In this document: piece by piece, positions 16,061 through 25,656 of the stretch
How positions within the stretch are numbered: position 1 is the stretch's first letter
Layout of the letters: every line of letters begins with the position of its first letter
DNA from: an uncultured Nitrososphaerota archaeon
GTDB lineage: Archaea; Asgardarchaeota; Njordarchaeia; Njordarchaeales; Njordarchaeaceae
Reading direction: 5' to 3'
Assembly: GCA_964518475.1 (NCBI GenBank)
Contig: CAZFGR010000020.1
Span: 1 to 29,739, forward strand
Length of the DNA: 29,739 bases
Position numbers and translations under genes: made by a program
Notes under the pieces: model-generated
Databases searched by the model: none
The model's input: the letters and a program-made list of their open reading frames with translations, nothing else
Told to the model about the DNA's origin: nothing

Positions 16061-16074
16061 TTAGGCTCACCAGT

Positions 16075-17370
16075 CTAGTCAAGATAGACCAAGTGCGTTA
16101 GTAATCCAAACGTTGCTATTCCTATAGCAATTACAGTGAATGGCTCAACCCATAGGAAACCAGTCTCGAACTTAGCTAATGAGAGATGCAGAGGAAGGAG
16201 CGTCTTTAGCAGGAAGCCGAATAATGTCACCAGTGCAATTAGCCAGAGGAAACCTACTAATAATTTTATCCGTGAGACATAGGATATATATACGGGCAGT
16301 AGTTTGGATCTTCTAGCAAGCTCGTCTGGAGGTAAGTCGAATCTAATAAATTCCTCCGCACGCATCAGAATCCCTGGAGCCGTCTTTGTAGCCGCGAAGA
16401 TCGTTAAGAAAACTACCAATACAAGCATTATCAGTGCTACAAGAGCATAGATATCAATAGTGATTGCTCTGGAAATGCTTTCACCAAATGTTGTTGTTAC
16501 CTTCAAGAATAGGAAGAATACCCCAACCGTCCCAGTAGTACCTGATAACTTAACGAAACCAGCAATAGGGTATAGCATCATTACGAATGTCATAATGGCA
16601 GAATCGATCCTTAGCTTCCAGGCTGTTCTTAGCCTGTACTTTCTAGTCAGTAGAGGATAATGTACATTAAGTGTTAGGAGAATAGCCGATAGTAGAGCCC
16701 ATAAGAGGAGCCCAGGAGCTACATAGTAGGAGTACTTGAGAGATACCCCTGCTTGTTTTAGTACGGCAAGTGCTGTATAAGCCTTAAAAATTGCAACTTT
16801 AAACTCTCCAACTGTGGAGTATTCTAAGATAAGATTTATCCCCCTCTCAGGAATAGTAATTGCTAATGCTGACGCCTGGCCTAGTGAAAACATGTTAACT
16901 AACAAGCCGTAAATGACGCCTCCCAGTACAGCGAGACTTGATCCTATAATACCCATTAAATCCTTCTTTTCAGAAAATATCCTTATTTTTAACACACCTC
17001 CGTCCGCTAACCCGCTCAGAATGGTTAGTAATGCACCAATGAAACTGACTATTCCTATAGCAAGCGGTAGTGGACTCAAGTAGTAATAGGCAATATTAAA
17101 GAGAATACTAGTCATCATTTGTTCTCCCACACCGTACTGGTAGTCCATCCTCCCAATGATTCTTAGACCACCGAAACCATTCCCAGTGAGTCTTAGGTCG
17201 CCATAAATAACCCCACTTCGGTAGCTAGGAGCTGTAGCTGTTAGTGAAACATTGATCCAAGGAAGAAGCAAGGTGCCCAGTAGTATTAATCCAATAACTA
17301 CATTTAAGAATCCGACAAGAGTGATTTCCCGTCTCCTTATCTTAATTTTAGGTTCAACAATAATACTCAT
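16075..17370 (-). CDS. polytopic membrane protein of unknown function
   Basis: 431 aa with roughly 8-9 hydrophobic segments; GGAGG RBS; ATGA overlap with the upstream gene. Confidence 0.75.
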   Translation of the reverse strand: MSIIVEPKIKIRRREITLVGFLNVVIGLILLGTLLLPWINVSLTATAPSYRSGVIYGDLRLTGNGFGGLRIIGRMDYQYGVGEQMMTSILFNIAYYYLSPLPLAIGIVSFIGALLTILSGLADGGVLKIRIFSEKKDLMGIIGSSLAVLGGVIYGLLVNMFSLGQASALAITIPERGINLILEYSTVGEFKVAIFKAYTALAVLKQAGVSLKYSYYVAPGLLLWALLSAILLTLNVHYPLLTRKYRLRTAWKLRIDSAIMTFVMMLYPIAGFVKLSGTTGTVGVFFLFLKVTTTFGESISRAITIDIYALVALIMLVLVVFLTIFAATKTAPGILMRAEEFIRFDLPPDELARRSKLLPVYISYVSRIKLLVGFLWLIALVTLFGFLLKTLLPLHLSLAKFETGFLWVEPFTVIAIGIATFGLLTHLVYLD

Positions 17371-18176
17371 TTAACAACCCTCCTCTTCTTCCCGCTAAAT
17401 ACTCCTTTCCTCACAAGGATAGCAATTACTACAATAGCTACTATAACACCAGTCACGGCTAGTGTTAACCTATGCTTCGGAATAGCATTAGTATCCTTTA
17501 AACTAATCGATAAAACATACCTTGTACCATAGTAATACCAAGAAGCTCTCAGGTTGAGAACTACTCCAAGGGATTTATCAATAGTTACTATGAATTCCAT
17601 AATGGCTCCTTCAACGTACTCAGCCTTGCCAGTATATAGCTCTGCATATATTACATATCTAACAGTTCCCATTATAATGTCCCAGCTCTCATACACGATC
17701 CCGGGAACCTCTGTTAGCCCCTGCTCCACAAAATTTCTGACCTCCTCGAGATTCTTAACATTGAAGAGAGTAAATACTGAAAGCGGCAAACCATTCAAAC
17801 CATAGGCAGGGTACTCTGGATTGAACAGCACTAGATCTACTAATCCCGCCTTGGGAACCTCCTTGGACACAACTGTGACGTTTCTAACCCGCTCAACTTC
17901 TTTGCTAATATCGAATATTACGTGAGAAACATTGGCTGCTACCTTTATGTATTCACCACTATCCTCGTAGCTTAGAATTTCCATTTCCTCATCAATATCC
18001 CAAACTTTCGTACCAGTTATGATCAGTGAGCCCTTCCAGTGGAAATAATAGCCACTTCTAACTCCTAGTGTTTGAGCCTTAACACCAACAACTGTTGTTG
18101 AAATCATAATGCTAACTATTATAACGCCTAGTACTAACCTCTTGATAGTATTGTTCTGAGCACTTTTTAAATTCAT
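17367..18176 (-). CDS. exported, C-terminally membrane-anchored surface protein of unknown function
   Basis: Signal peptide ending VKA-Q, beta-rich middle, C-terminal TM followed by a basic tail. Confidence 0.78.
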   Translation of the reverse strand: MNLKSAQNNTIKRLVLGVIIVSIMISTTVVGVKAQTLGVRSGYYFHWKGSLIITGTKVWDIDEEMEILSYEDSGEYIKVAANVSHVIFDISKEVERVRNVTVVSKEVPKAGLVDLVLFNPEYPAYGLNGLPLSVFTLFNVKNLEEVRNFVEQGLTEVPGIVYESWDIIMGTVRYVIYAELYTGKAEYVEGAIMEFIVTIDKSLGVVLNLRASWYYYGTRYVLSISLKDTNAIPKHRLTLAVTGVIVAIVVIAILVRKGVFSGKKRRVVK

Positions 18177-18299
18177 TCCACGGCACCGCTAGGAGCTAAA
18201 CTACTAACAAAGCACAAAAAAAGAATTTAAAATTTAAGTAAAGACAGCACCATAAGACACACCAGTCAAAGCTATCCGGAGTGATAACTATAAGAAGAG

Positions 18300-18364
18300 A
18301 GAGCTAAAACTCTGCAAAAATAGAGAAAAAGAACCAGAAATAAAGGAAAGAAAAGTTAAAGAGT
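18300..18364 (-). terminator. possible archaeal oligo-U terminator after the substrate-binding protein gene
   Basis: Pyrimidine/T-rich tracts on the minus strand (TTTTCTTTCCTTTATTTCT…TCTTTTTCTCTATTTTT) immediately after the stop. Confidence 0.4.
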
Positions 18365-20353
18365 TTAGGCAGCAGGTCTCCTGCGTAAGAGAACAGCCGC
18401 GACGATGATTACAACGGCGATTACAACAATACTGCCGATGATTAATTCATAGGGAATAGCAGGTCCTGTGACCTCCCTGTAACCGACTATCTTGACACAG
18501 TGCATGATTGTCCAGTAGGTAATTACTGGGATCTCCTGGGCCTTAACGATACCAGCCCACGCGCTAGCGTTGTAAGCACCCACCGTAATAGGCTCTACTG
18601 TGATGATAGCTGGTTGCTCCCAATATAGGATCTCCTGGGCCTTCCAAGCCCACTGCTTGGCCTCGGCCAGTGTTGGAGCGCTAAACATCTTGTCGACATA
18701 CTCGTCATAGGTTTCGTTGAACCATCTATAGATCAAGACGTTGTAGACGTAGTCACTCGTCCAGATTCTTAGGATTGTTGGGATTCTACCCATTGACCAT
18801 CCGAAGTATGTCAGCTGGAACTCTCCACTGAACCAATAATCGATTAATGATCTGAAGTCCATGAACTTGGGCTCAAGTTTAATACCGGCAGCCTCGATGC
18901 TCTCCTCTATAATCGTGTATATTTGCTCCAGGATGGGATCTTCTGTCAGGGCTAGCTCTAGAGTAATGTCTGAGTCAGGATCATTCGGATCCAGCTCATA
19001 GAATGTATCATTGTCAACGTCCTTTAGACCCAGCTCTTCTTCGAGAATTCTTCTAGCTTCTTCTGGGTTAGCATCATAATAGCTTGGGCCCGGTTCCTTA
19101 CCTAGGTACTCTAAGCTCCAGTCATAGAAACCAGGCACTACTGGTAAGTCCACGGGAATTGTCCAGCCCATGTAAATTTCGTCGACTAATCTTCTCTTGT
19201 CAATAGCGAAGGCTAGAGCCCTTCTGAACTTAGCATTCTTTAGTAGTCCATTGGCGACTGTCTGGTTGCAGTTAACACCTACGTGACCGAATGATCTTAC
19301 TAGACCAGTGTCTACCGTATAGCCTTTCTGGAGAAGCTCTGGTACCTTTCTTCCAAACCAGCTACCCTGGATCATATCAATTTCTCCATTAAGGAAGGCG
19401 CTGTATTCATCTTCAGGCTCGGTAATGACTTTGTACACTAGTCTCTTGATGTATGGACCGTGGAGATCTATATAGTCCTGGGTGATTGGTCTCCATTTGA
19501 CTAACTCATTGCCATTCTCATCAATAGCTCTTAGGTAATAGTTGGGGTTCCTCTCTAGGATGAAGTATCCGGCTGTGGTAACGTCTTTACCGGGTTCCCA
19601 CTCTTTTAGATAGAAGGGTCCATAACCAGTTAAAATTGGATCCTGTGGGCTTTTTGCTACGTAGGATCTTATGACATCAGCTGTTAGGTTCCAGTTGGGG
19701 AAGTAGTCATAATCGTCGTCGTCTACGACGCCCCATGAGTTCTCGTCCCCATATATGTGCTTGGGCCAAATCGGTGGCCAGAGAGCAGCCCATGCATAGA
19801 TAATACCCGTGTGCCAAGTGTAGATCTTTACAGTTGTATCATCTACGATTGTACAGTTAATTACTTCCTCCGGGATGTCCGTCCAGTACATATCTGTTAA
19901 GCTCTGGTTGTAGTATAGCCAGTCTAAGAAATCATAGGTGAACTTGACGTCCTCTACGTCCAGTTTCTCACCATCCGTGTAGTAGACATTGTCCCTGATT
20001 TTAACAGTCCATACCCCTATAGAGCCCAATTCGCTATCGTTTACTACCTGGAATACCGGTCTCTCTGCAGCTAGTAGTGGCATATCATTTGCTATGTCTG
20101 TCCAATTGTATGGATGATATACTGTGAAGCTGTCCCATAGCCAGCCTAAGATGTCCCAGTCATAGGCGGTTGCAGTCATTATTGGGTTTAGGGACTCTAC
20201 CCAGTAACCAAGTGCTATTCTTAGCTCACCGTTTACGTCGTAAATTATTTGTTGCTGGGCTTCAGCACTTGGTAAGTTAATATGGGTTGTAGCAGCAATT
20301 GTTGCTTGCAAGAAGAGGAGAACTAGCAAGGCACTAATAATTTTTGACTTCAT
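18365..20353 (-). CDS. oppA: peptide ABC transporter substrate-binding protein (family 5), archaeal C-terminally anchored type
   Basis: Signal peptide, SLNP, YYTDGEKLDVEDVKFTY, GYGPFYLKEW, LERNPNYY, FRRALAFAID, C-terminal TM plus RRR. Confidence 0.9.
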   Translation of the reverse strand: MKSKIISALLVLLFLQATIAATTHINLPSAEAQQQIIYDVNGELRIALGYWVESLNPIMTATAYDWDILGWLWDSFTVYHPYNWTDIANDMPLLAAERPVFQVVNDSELGSIGVWTVKIRDNVYYTDGEKLDVEDVKFTYDFLDWLYYNQSLTDMYWTDIPEEVINCTIVDDTTVKIYTWHTGIIYAWAALWPPIWPKHIYGDENSWGVVDDDDYDYFPNWNLTADVIRSYVAKSPQDPILTGYGPFYLKEWEPGKDVTTAGYFILERNPNYYLRAIDENGNELVKWRPITQDYIDLHGPYIKRLVYKVITEPEDEYSAFLNGEIDMIQGSWFGRKVPELLQKGYTVDTGLVRSFGHVGVNCNQTVANGLLKNAKFRRALAFAIDKRRLVDEIYMGWTIPVDLPVVPGFYDWSLEYLGKEPGPSYYDANPEEARRILEEELGLKDVDNDTFYELDPNDPDSDITLELALTEDPILEQIYTIIEESIEAAGIKLEPKFMDFRSLIDYWFSGEFQLTYFGWSMGRIPTILRIWTSDYVYNVLIYRWFNETYDEYVDKMFSAPTLAEAKQWAWKAQEILYWEQPAIITVEPITVGAYNASAWAGIVKAQEIPVITYWTIMHCVKIVGYREVTGPAIPYELIIGSIVVIAVVIIVAAVLLRRRPAA

Positions 20354-20626
20354 ATCTTTGCACCAAATTATACTTATTTAACAAGTTTGGGTGGAAGTCA
20401 ATTATGTGTTAAACATTCTTGTCTTTTTAAATCTTTTTGAGAAATACCTATTTGCGAGACCATTGTTACATTTTATTCACTACTATTAAGAAAACAATTT
20501 CACTAAATCAACGCACTATAAAATATTTGAATAAAAAAGCATAAAAAATAATTATCGCTATTTTTTCCTTATTAAATTATTACACATGAAAAAATGTTTA
20601 GAAATAAATAAAATGAATAAGAATGC

Positions 20627-23600
20627 TTACTTTTTCCTCAATTTTAGAACCACTACTATCAAAGCAATTAAAACTACTCCGATGATTATGGCTACTATTA
20701 TTGGTGATATTTCTATGCCTTTTTTAGCAACATAGAATAAATAGTCCTCCTCTAATTTGTTGAGGTTTAGATCCTTCGCCTCGATAGATAGTTGTATGCT
20801 GAATGATTTCTTAGAACTTAGGAGATCCGAAACTATAGATTCTGGCACAATGATTTTGAGAACAATTGTTGTTTTGTTTGTTTCTAAAACTTCGATAATT
20901 GTTTCTGTTATATTTGTATTTATTTTCACAAATTTTTTGTTATAAAGAATTCCATAGTCATCCTTTATTGCAATTACTATTGTTAGATTGCCCTTGCTGT
21001 AATATATTGTTGATTCGTTATCGTATTGCGGAATAATTTGTGGTGGATTATTCTCGCTTTTCTCGATGGTGATGAAGGATGCTCTGTGAATCGAGTATCC
21101 ATTATCCAGAGTCCCTTTCACAAAGATGCTTGTGTCACCAGCTACTCTAGTTGTGTGAGAAGCTGTCCAGCTAGTATCTGTTGTTGTGAATTGGAGATCA
21201 ACTTTTCCTATGTAATCTGTTATGTGTCCTTCTATACTGGCGAGTGTAGTGTTTACTTTGATACTTATTTCCTCACCCATTTTTACAGTTTCTGGAGATA
21301 TTGTAAATGTCATTTCTTTCTGGCTTGTCACTAAATCTACGATATTAGTAACAAATTGTCTAACCTCCTTTGTAGAGACAGGGTATAAGCCTCCGAATGC
21401 CCAGTTATCGAAGAGGAAGTTTGTAGCAATTGCAAGTACGAAACCTCCCCTCTCTAAAGCACAGACAGCCGCAACAGGTGAGTTACGGTATTGAGCTATC
21501 GCCATTCCCGCTTCTTTGACTTTTAGCGCTACTCCGTAGAACGGAATTGCTGTGACGTCTCTTGTTAATAAGTGATCACCAATAGTCTCCGCTTTAACAG
21601 TTTCTCCAGGTGGTGTTAGCATATTTTGAGTAAATTCTACTCCAAAATTCTTAGACAATCTGCTCAATTCCGTCATATTGTTAGAGTCTGGCGTCATTCC
21701 AATTAGTATGAGATTTCCACCATTCTTTACATAAGTCACGAAGGCATCAATCTCCTCACTAGTAAACTTTGCTGTATGTATTCCTGTAACAAAGCCTGCC
21801 TTGTCAAACACTTCATAGTACGAAGCTGCGTCAGGCAAGAATACAACATCATATCTCGATAGTATCTCTAGAGTTAGATGTTGCCAGCTGAAATACCAAT
21901 GTTCCACGGATATATTGTTTGACTCAAGCAAAAGGTAGAAATTCTTGTACTGCCCATATTTGAAGTCAACTGTCCAACTAGTATGTTTAAGGTCAAATAA
22001 CCATCTCATCTTTGGTCTGACTAGATAGAACTCCATGGAGACATTGAAAGTATCCGCTTCTGTTGAGAAAATTATCCATCCCCTATAGTAACCTTCTGAT
22101 GTATCTGAAAGAGTAGCGTTGAATTCCCAGAGAGTCGCTGGAGAAATGACATCTATTGTTGTCGGTGAGTAAAGGTTAATAACATCTGAGATATTACCTA
22201 CGAGTTGAATTTGAACTGTTGTATTAACCGTTGCAATTATCGTGAAGTTAAATTCTAGTCTCATTCCCTGGAACAATTTCTTAGCATACGGGAAGAAGAC
22301 ATCTTCATTAGATTTACCAGTAGGAACTCTCATAGGCATTACAAATATTCTTTCGGGTATTGTACTTGTCGCACCTATTGTCGCTTCTAGGAAATCATAA
22401 GCAGCCTCCAAGTCCACAAAGCCAGCTCCAGCCCATAGTTCGTAATATTCAGTATCGCCATAAATTATCGGTCTAGCAGTTTTCATTAATACATACTTTA
22501 TGATCGCTGGCCAGTACTTCTTATCAATACCCGCATTCTTCAAGTATTGAGCTATGAGCGCGGCAGCTCCAGCTATGTGAGGAGATGAGAAAGATGTTCC
22601 CTCTGCTGGATCTCCATAAGGAGGCGTTTCTCCAGACTTCGTGGATATTGGAGCGGCAACGCCCGTAGGAGCAGTTATATCTGGTTTAGCAGTCATTAAT
22701 ATTGTGGGTCCTATTGAGCTGTAACCTACTCTAATCATTGTCCCATTAATATCCGCAGCGGCTACACTAATCGCGTACGGAGAGAATGCTGGAGAACCTA
22801 CACTCATCGTTCTGAACCCGTTATCGCCTTCGTTTCCAGCGGCTACAACTACAGTTGTTCCAGCCTCGACTGCTGCCTTTACAGCTAGGTTTACTGGATC
22901 AAAATAACTGGCTCCTCCTCCTAAGCTCATATTAATTACATCAGCTCCCTGGGAAACACACCATTCTATAGCAGCAATTATGCCAGCAAGAGTAGCATAC
23001 GTTTCTGAGCCAGAGGGGAATACTTTAGCCGATATTATTAAAGCCTCTGGAGCCACTCCAGTCCCTAGGTTTGGATCTCCTTTACCCGCTCCCGCCGCTA
23101 CTCCCGCTACACGTGTACCATGCCACACGCCAATGTATCCATCCGTGGGATCCGTATCATCAACGTCGTAGCCATATTCTTTTTTAACAAAGGATTCCAT
23201 AGCTATTACTTTTCCTTCTAAGTCGGGGTGGTTAGGATCTACTCCAGTATCTATTATCCCTATCTTTATACTGGCTCCTTTATACCCGTTTGCCCAGAAA
23301 GTGTCTGCTCCTATAGCTTTACTACTCTCGAGCGTACTAGTTCTTATTCCCATTACTGGTTTCGTTGCAAGTAAGTGATATCTGCGGTTGTAAAAAATGC
23401 CTACAAGACCTGGTAAGTCGCTAATTCTACTTATCGCATCTTTACTTGTTTTCATGACTATTGCTGGAAACAGATTGTATTTGTGTAAAATATTTGCGTC
23501 ATGTTCTCTGAGATATTGCAATGCGTCACGCATCGATTCCTTATTCTTGAGCCAAAGGATAACCGTAAATTCCTTCTCATCTGTTTCGTAGATCTGGGGA

Positions 23601-23737
23601 TCTACTATGGGTTTCTTTGTGGCATTATCTGTTAATTTAGCTATAGAAGCTTTCACCGCTCCAGTATTCGGATGCGGAAGAAGGAGCATTACTAAAAAAA
23701 TCGCAACAACTAGTGTTCTTAGGAATTTTTTATCCAT
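20627..23737 (-). CDS. membrane-anchored subtilisin-like S8 serine protease with I9 propeptide and a DUF4350/GIFT-like (GATase1-like) domain
   Basis: Catalytic triad IIDTG, HGTRVAG, GTSFSSPHIAG; INMSLGG, AAGNEG; later segment LSRYDVVFLP…FTSEEIDAFVTYVKNGGNLILIG; signal peptide and C-terminal TM. Confidence 0.9.
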   Translation of the reverse strand: MDKKFLRTLVVAIFLVMLLLPHPNTGAVKASIAKLTDNATKKPIVDPQIYETDEKEFTVILWLKNKESMRDALQYLREHDANILHKYNLFPAIVMKTSKDAISRISDLPGLVGIFYNRRYHLLATKPVMGIRTSTLESSKAIGADTFWANGYKGASIKIGIIDTGVDPNHPDLEGKVIAMESFVKKEYGYDVDDTDPTDGYIGVWHGTRVAGVAAGAGKGDPNLGTGVAPEALIISAKVFPSGSETYATLAGIIAAIEWCVSQGADVINMSLGGGASYFDPVNLAVKAAVEAGTTVVVAAGNEGDNGFRTMSVGSPAFSPYAISVAAADINGTMIRVGYSSIGPTILMTAKPDITAPTGVAAPISTKSGETPPYGDPAEGTSFSSPHIAGAAALIAQYLKNAGIDKKYWPAIIKYVLMKTARPIIYGDTEYYELWAGAGFVDLEAAYDFLEATIGATSTIPERIFVMPMRVPTGKSNEDVFFPYAKKLFQGMRLEFNFTIIATVNTTVQIQLVGNISDVINLYSPTTIDVISPATLWEFNATLSDTSEGYYRGWIIFSTEADTFNVSMEFYLVRPKMRWLFDLKHTSWTVDFKYGQYKNFYLLLESNNISVEHWYFSWQHLTLEILSRYDVVFLPDAASYYEVFDKAGFVTGIHTAKFTSEEIDAFVTYVKNGGNLILIGMTPDSNNMTELSRLSKNFGVEFTQNMLTPPGETVKAETIGDHLLTRDVTAIPFYGVALKVKEAGMAIAQYRNSPVAAVCALERGGFVLAIATNFLFDNWAFGGLYPVSTKEVRQFVTNIVDLVTSQKEMTFTISPETVKMGEEISIKVNTTLASIEGHITDYIGKVDLQFTTTDTSWTASHTTRVAGDTSIFVKGTLDNGYSIHRASFITIEKSENNPPQIIPQYDNESTIYYSKGNLTIVIAIKDDYGILYNKKFVKINTNITETIIEVLETNKTTIVLKIIVPESIVSDLLSSKKSFSIQLSIEAKDLNLNKLEEDYLFYVAKKGIEISPIIVAIIIGVVLIALIVVVLKLRKK

Positions 23738-23851
23738 TGATGAGCCCCCTAGCCCTAGCTCATTTTTTGATGGGTCAATATATCTCTAAACAATTCGAAT
23801 TAAAAGTTTTATTTAGTGTAATGCTATTCTCTAGTTTCAAGATTTTAATAG

Positions 23852-25099
23852 GTGATGCGCATTAATTTTGAATACCTTTTCGCTGATAGTAATCGTCTCT
23901 TATTGGTGGATATTGACGAAGATTCTAGAAAGGAATTATTAGTTGTTTTCTCGTACATCATTACATGTTATAAGGGGCGCAAAAAGCTTTGGGAAGTACA
24001 GGTGGAGTCTGAGACTAAACCTAGAGAGCTTCCAAAAACAGAAGATGAGAAACTAATCGAGGAAAGTGCCAGTAGAATAGGGGACGTTATTTCTAAAATT
24101 CTGCCAGTTAGATACAAGGATAGACAATATATCGTGTCTACAAGCATGAATGGTGCCGTGTTCGTAATAGATGCTAAGAGTGGAGGAGTGGTAGAAAGGC
24201 AGGAGTTAGGAATCTATGTGGCGGATATGGTATCAGAAGATGTTAATAATGACGGGTCTGATGAGATCTATCTATTGACAGAGACTGGCGATCTCTACGA
24301 GCTTAGGAAACTGAAGAAATTAAAGAGATTATTCTCCCTAACTAGTGCTGAGGGGGAGGGCCTAGGAATAGGGGATGTTTTAGGAAGTGGTAAAAAAGAA
24401 GTCATCATAAGTACTAGTGATGGTCGGTTAATTATCCTGGATACTCGTGGAAAGAAAATTTATGAAGAGTTTGTATCTAGAGCTCCTATAAAATTCCTAA
24501 AGATAGCTGATATTAACAATGACGGCGTAGCAGAGATAGTATATGGAACAGATCATGGTGAAATAGCACTCTTCTTTGCCAAGAATAACGACTTCAAAAC
24601 AATTCATAAGTTTGAAAACGAGATCGTAACTCTCTCAATTACCGATATCAACAATGATTCATCAGATGAGATCCTTGCCTGCGATTACTATGGAGAATCC
24701 CTTCTCTTTTACCCACAGAGTAATGAGAAAAAAATCATTAAGTCTTCAAGAAGCTTTGAGCGAGATATAGATAATGATAACCACGCCGAGACAATAGAGA
24801 TTTACAGTAAAAGTATCGTAGTAAAGAAAAAGGAATCGACCATCAGAAAGTTTGATAGTCATAGGTGGATCTCCACGGCTACTCTTCTCGATATTAATGA
24901 CGACGGAATGAAGGAAATACTAGTAGGTTCTTTTGATAAGTCAATCTGGGTCTACTCCATAAAAGAGAGAGATCCCATCTATCGAATACCATTTACCGGC
25001 GTTCCATTGTCAATAATTCCCGACGATTATGATGGTGATGGTAAAACTGAACTACTCGTCTTTACTACTGATGGAGTTGTAGAAGTAAAGCTTACTTAA
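23852..25099 (+). CDS. FG-GAP/VCBS-like repeat beta-propeller protein
   Basis: Eight DxxxDGxxE-type loops (DIDEDSRKE, DVNNDGSDE, DVLGSGKKE, DINNDGVAE, DINNDSSDE, DIDNDNHAE, DINDDGMKE, DYDGDGKTE). Confidence 0.85.
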   Translation: MMRINFEYLFADSNRLLLVDIDEDSRKELLVVFSYIITCYKGRKKLWEVQVESETKPRELPKTEDEKLIEESASRIGDVISKILPVRYKDRQYIVSTSMNGAVFVIDAKSGGVVERQELGIYVADMVSEDVNNDGSDEIYLLTETGDLYELRKLKKLKRLFSLTSAEGEGLGIGDVLGSGKKEVIISTSDGRLIILDTRGKKIYEEFVSRAPIKFLKIADINNDGVAEIVYGTDHGEIALFFAKNNDFKTIHKFENEIVTLSITDINNDSSDEILACDYYGESLLFYPQSNEKKIIKSSRSFERDIDNDNHAETIEIYSKSIVVKKKESTIRKFDSHRWISTATLLDINDDGMKEILVGSFDKSIWVYSIKERDPIYRIPFTGVPLSIIPDDYDGDGKTELLVFTTDGVVEVKLT

Positions 25100-25514
25100 T
25101 TAGCTCAAAAATCTCTTCTCCTACCATCCTACCAAGCATACTTATTAGCCCACCTACAACCCCTGTTATAACTGAGAAGATCGGTAATATCAGTCCTGTC
25201 GAGAAAACCACGAATACTGTAGGGAATAAATATCTCGAGCCTAGAGGAAACATTATCAAACCAGTTATTACCGAAGGAACAAATAATGTGAAGAAACCCG
25301 TGTAAAACCAACTCTCATCATCACTGAATATTCCTGCAATAAACGGCGAAACTAGAATAGCGAGCAAACTAAGAATATCGTTTCTAGTCATTAGACCCCA
25401 TATGTACAAGATGCAATATAAGGACAATCCAGAAGCAAGACCGAAAGTAAAGCCTACTCTCCTCCTTAATGCTGTTTTTATGATTTGTCGCATTCTAAAG
25501 CGCCCCAACAGCAT
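25092..25514 (-). CDS. small Gly-rich membrane protein (about 4 TM helices)
   Basis: Hydrophobic 140-aa ORF downstream of oppB; 8-nt convergent overlap with the FG-GAP gene; start may be ATG 25493. Confidence 0.7.
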   Translation of the reverse strand: MLLGRFRMRQIIKTALRRRVGFTFGLASGLSLYCILYIWGLMTRNDILSLLAILVSPFIAGIFSDDESWFYTGFFTLFVPSVITGLIMFPLGSRYLFPTVFVVFSTGLILPIFSVITGVVGGLISMLGRMVGEEIFELIK

Positions 25515-25656
25515 TATCTGAGTTAATTATTTCTAGTCTTAAATATACTCAGAACAGAAAAACATTGCAAACTTTTCATAGGTGGTAAATTCTTCCGACG
25601 TTTCCTAAAAATAGGAAATAGGGAAAAAGAGGTATTTAAAATTAAAAGAGTGAATC

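Noticed and set aside
20354-20626. Short inverted repeats upstream of oppA (TTTAACA…TGTTAAA)
   Set aside because: Expected by chance in very AT-rich DNA; no convincing second copy at other promoters
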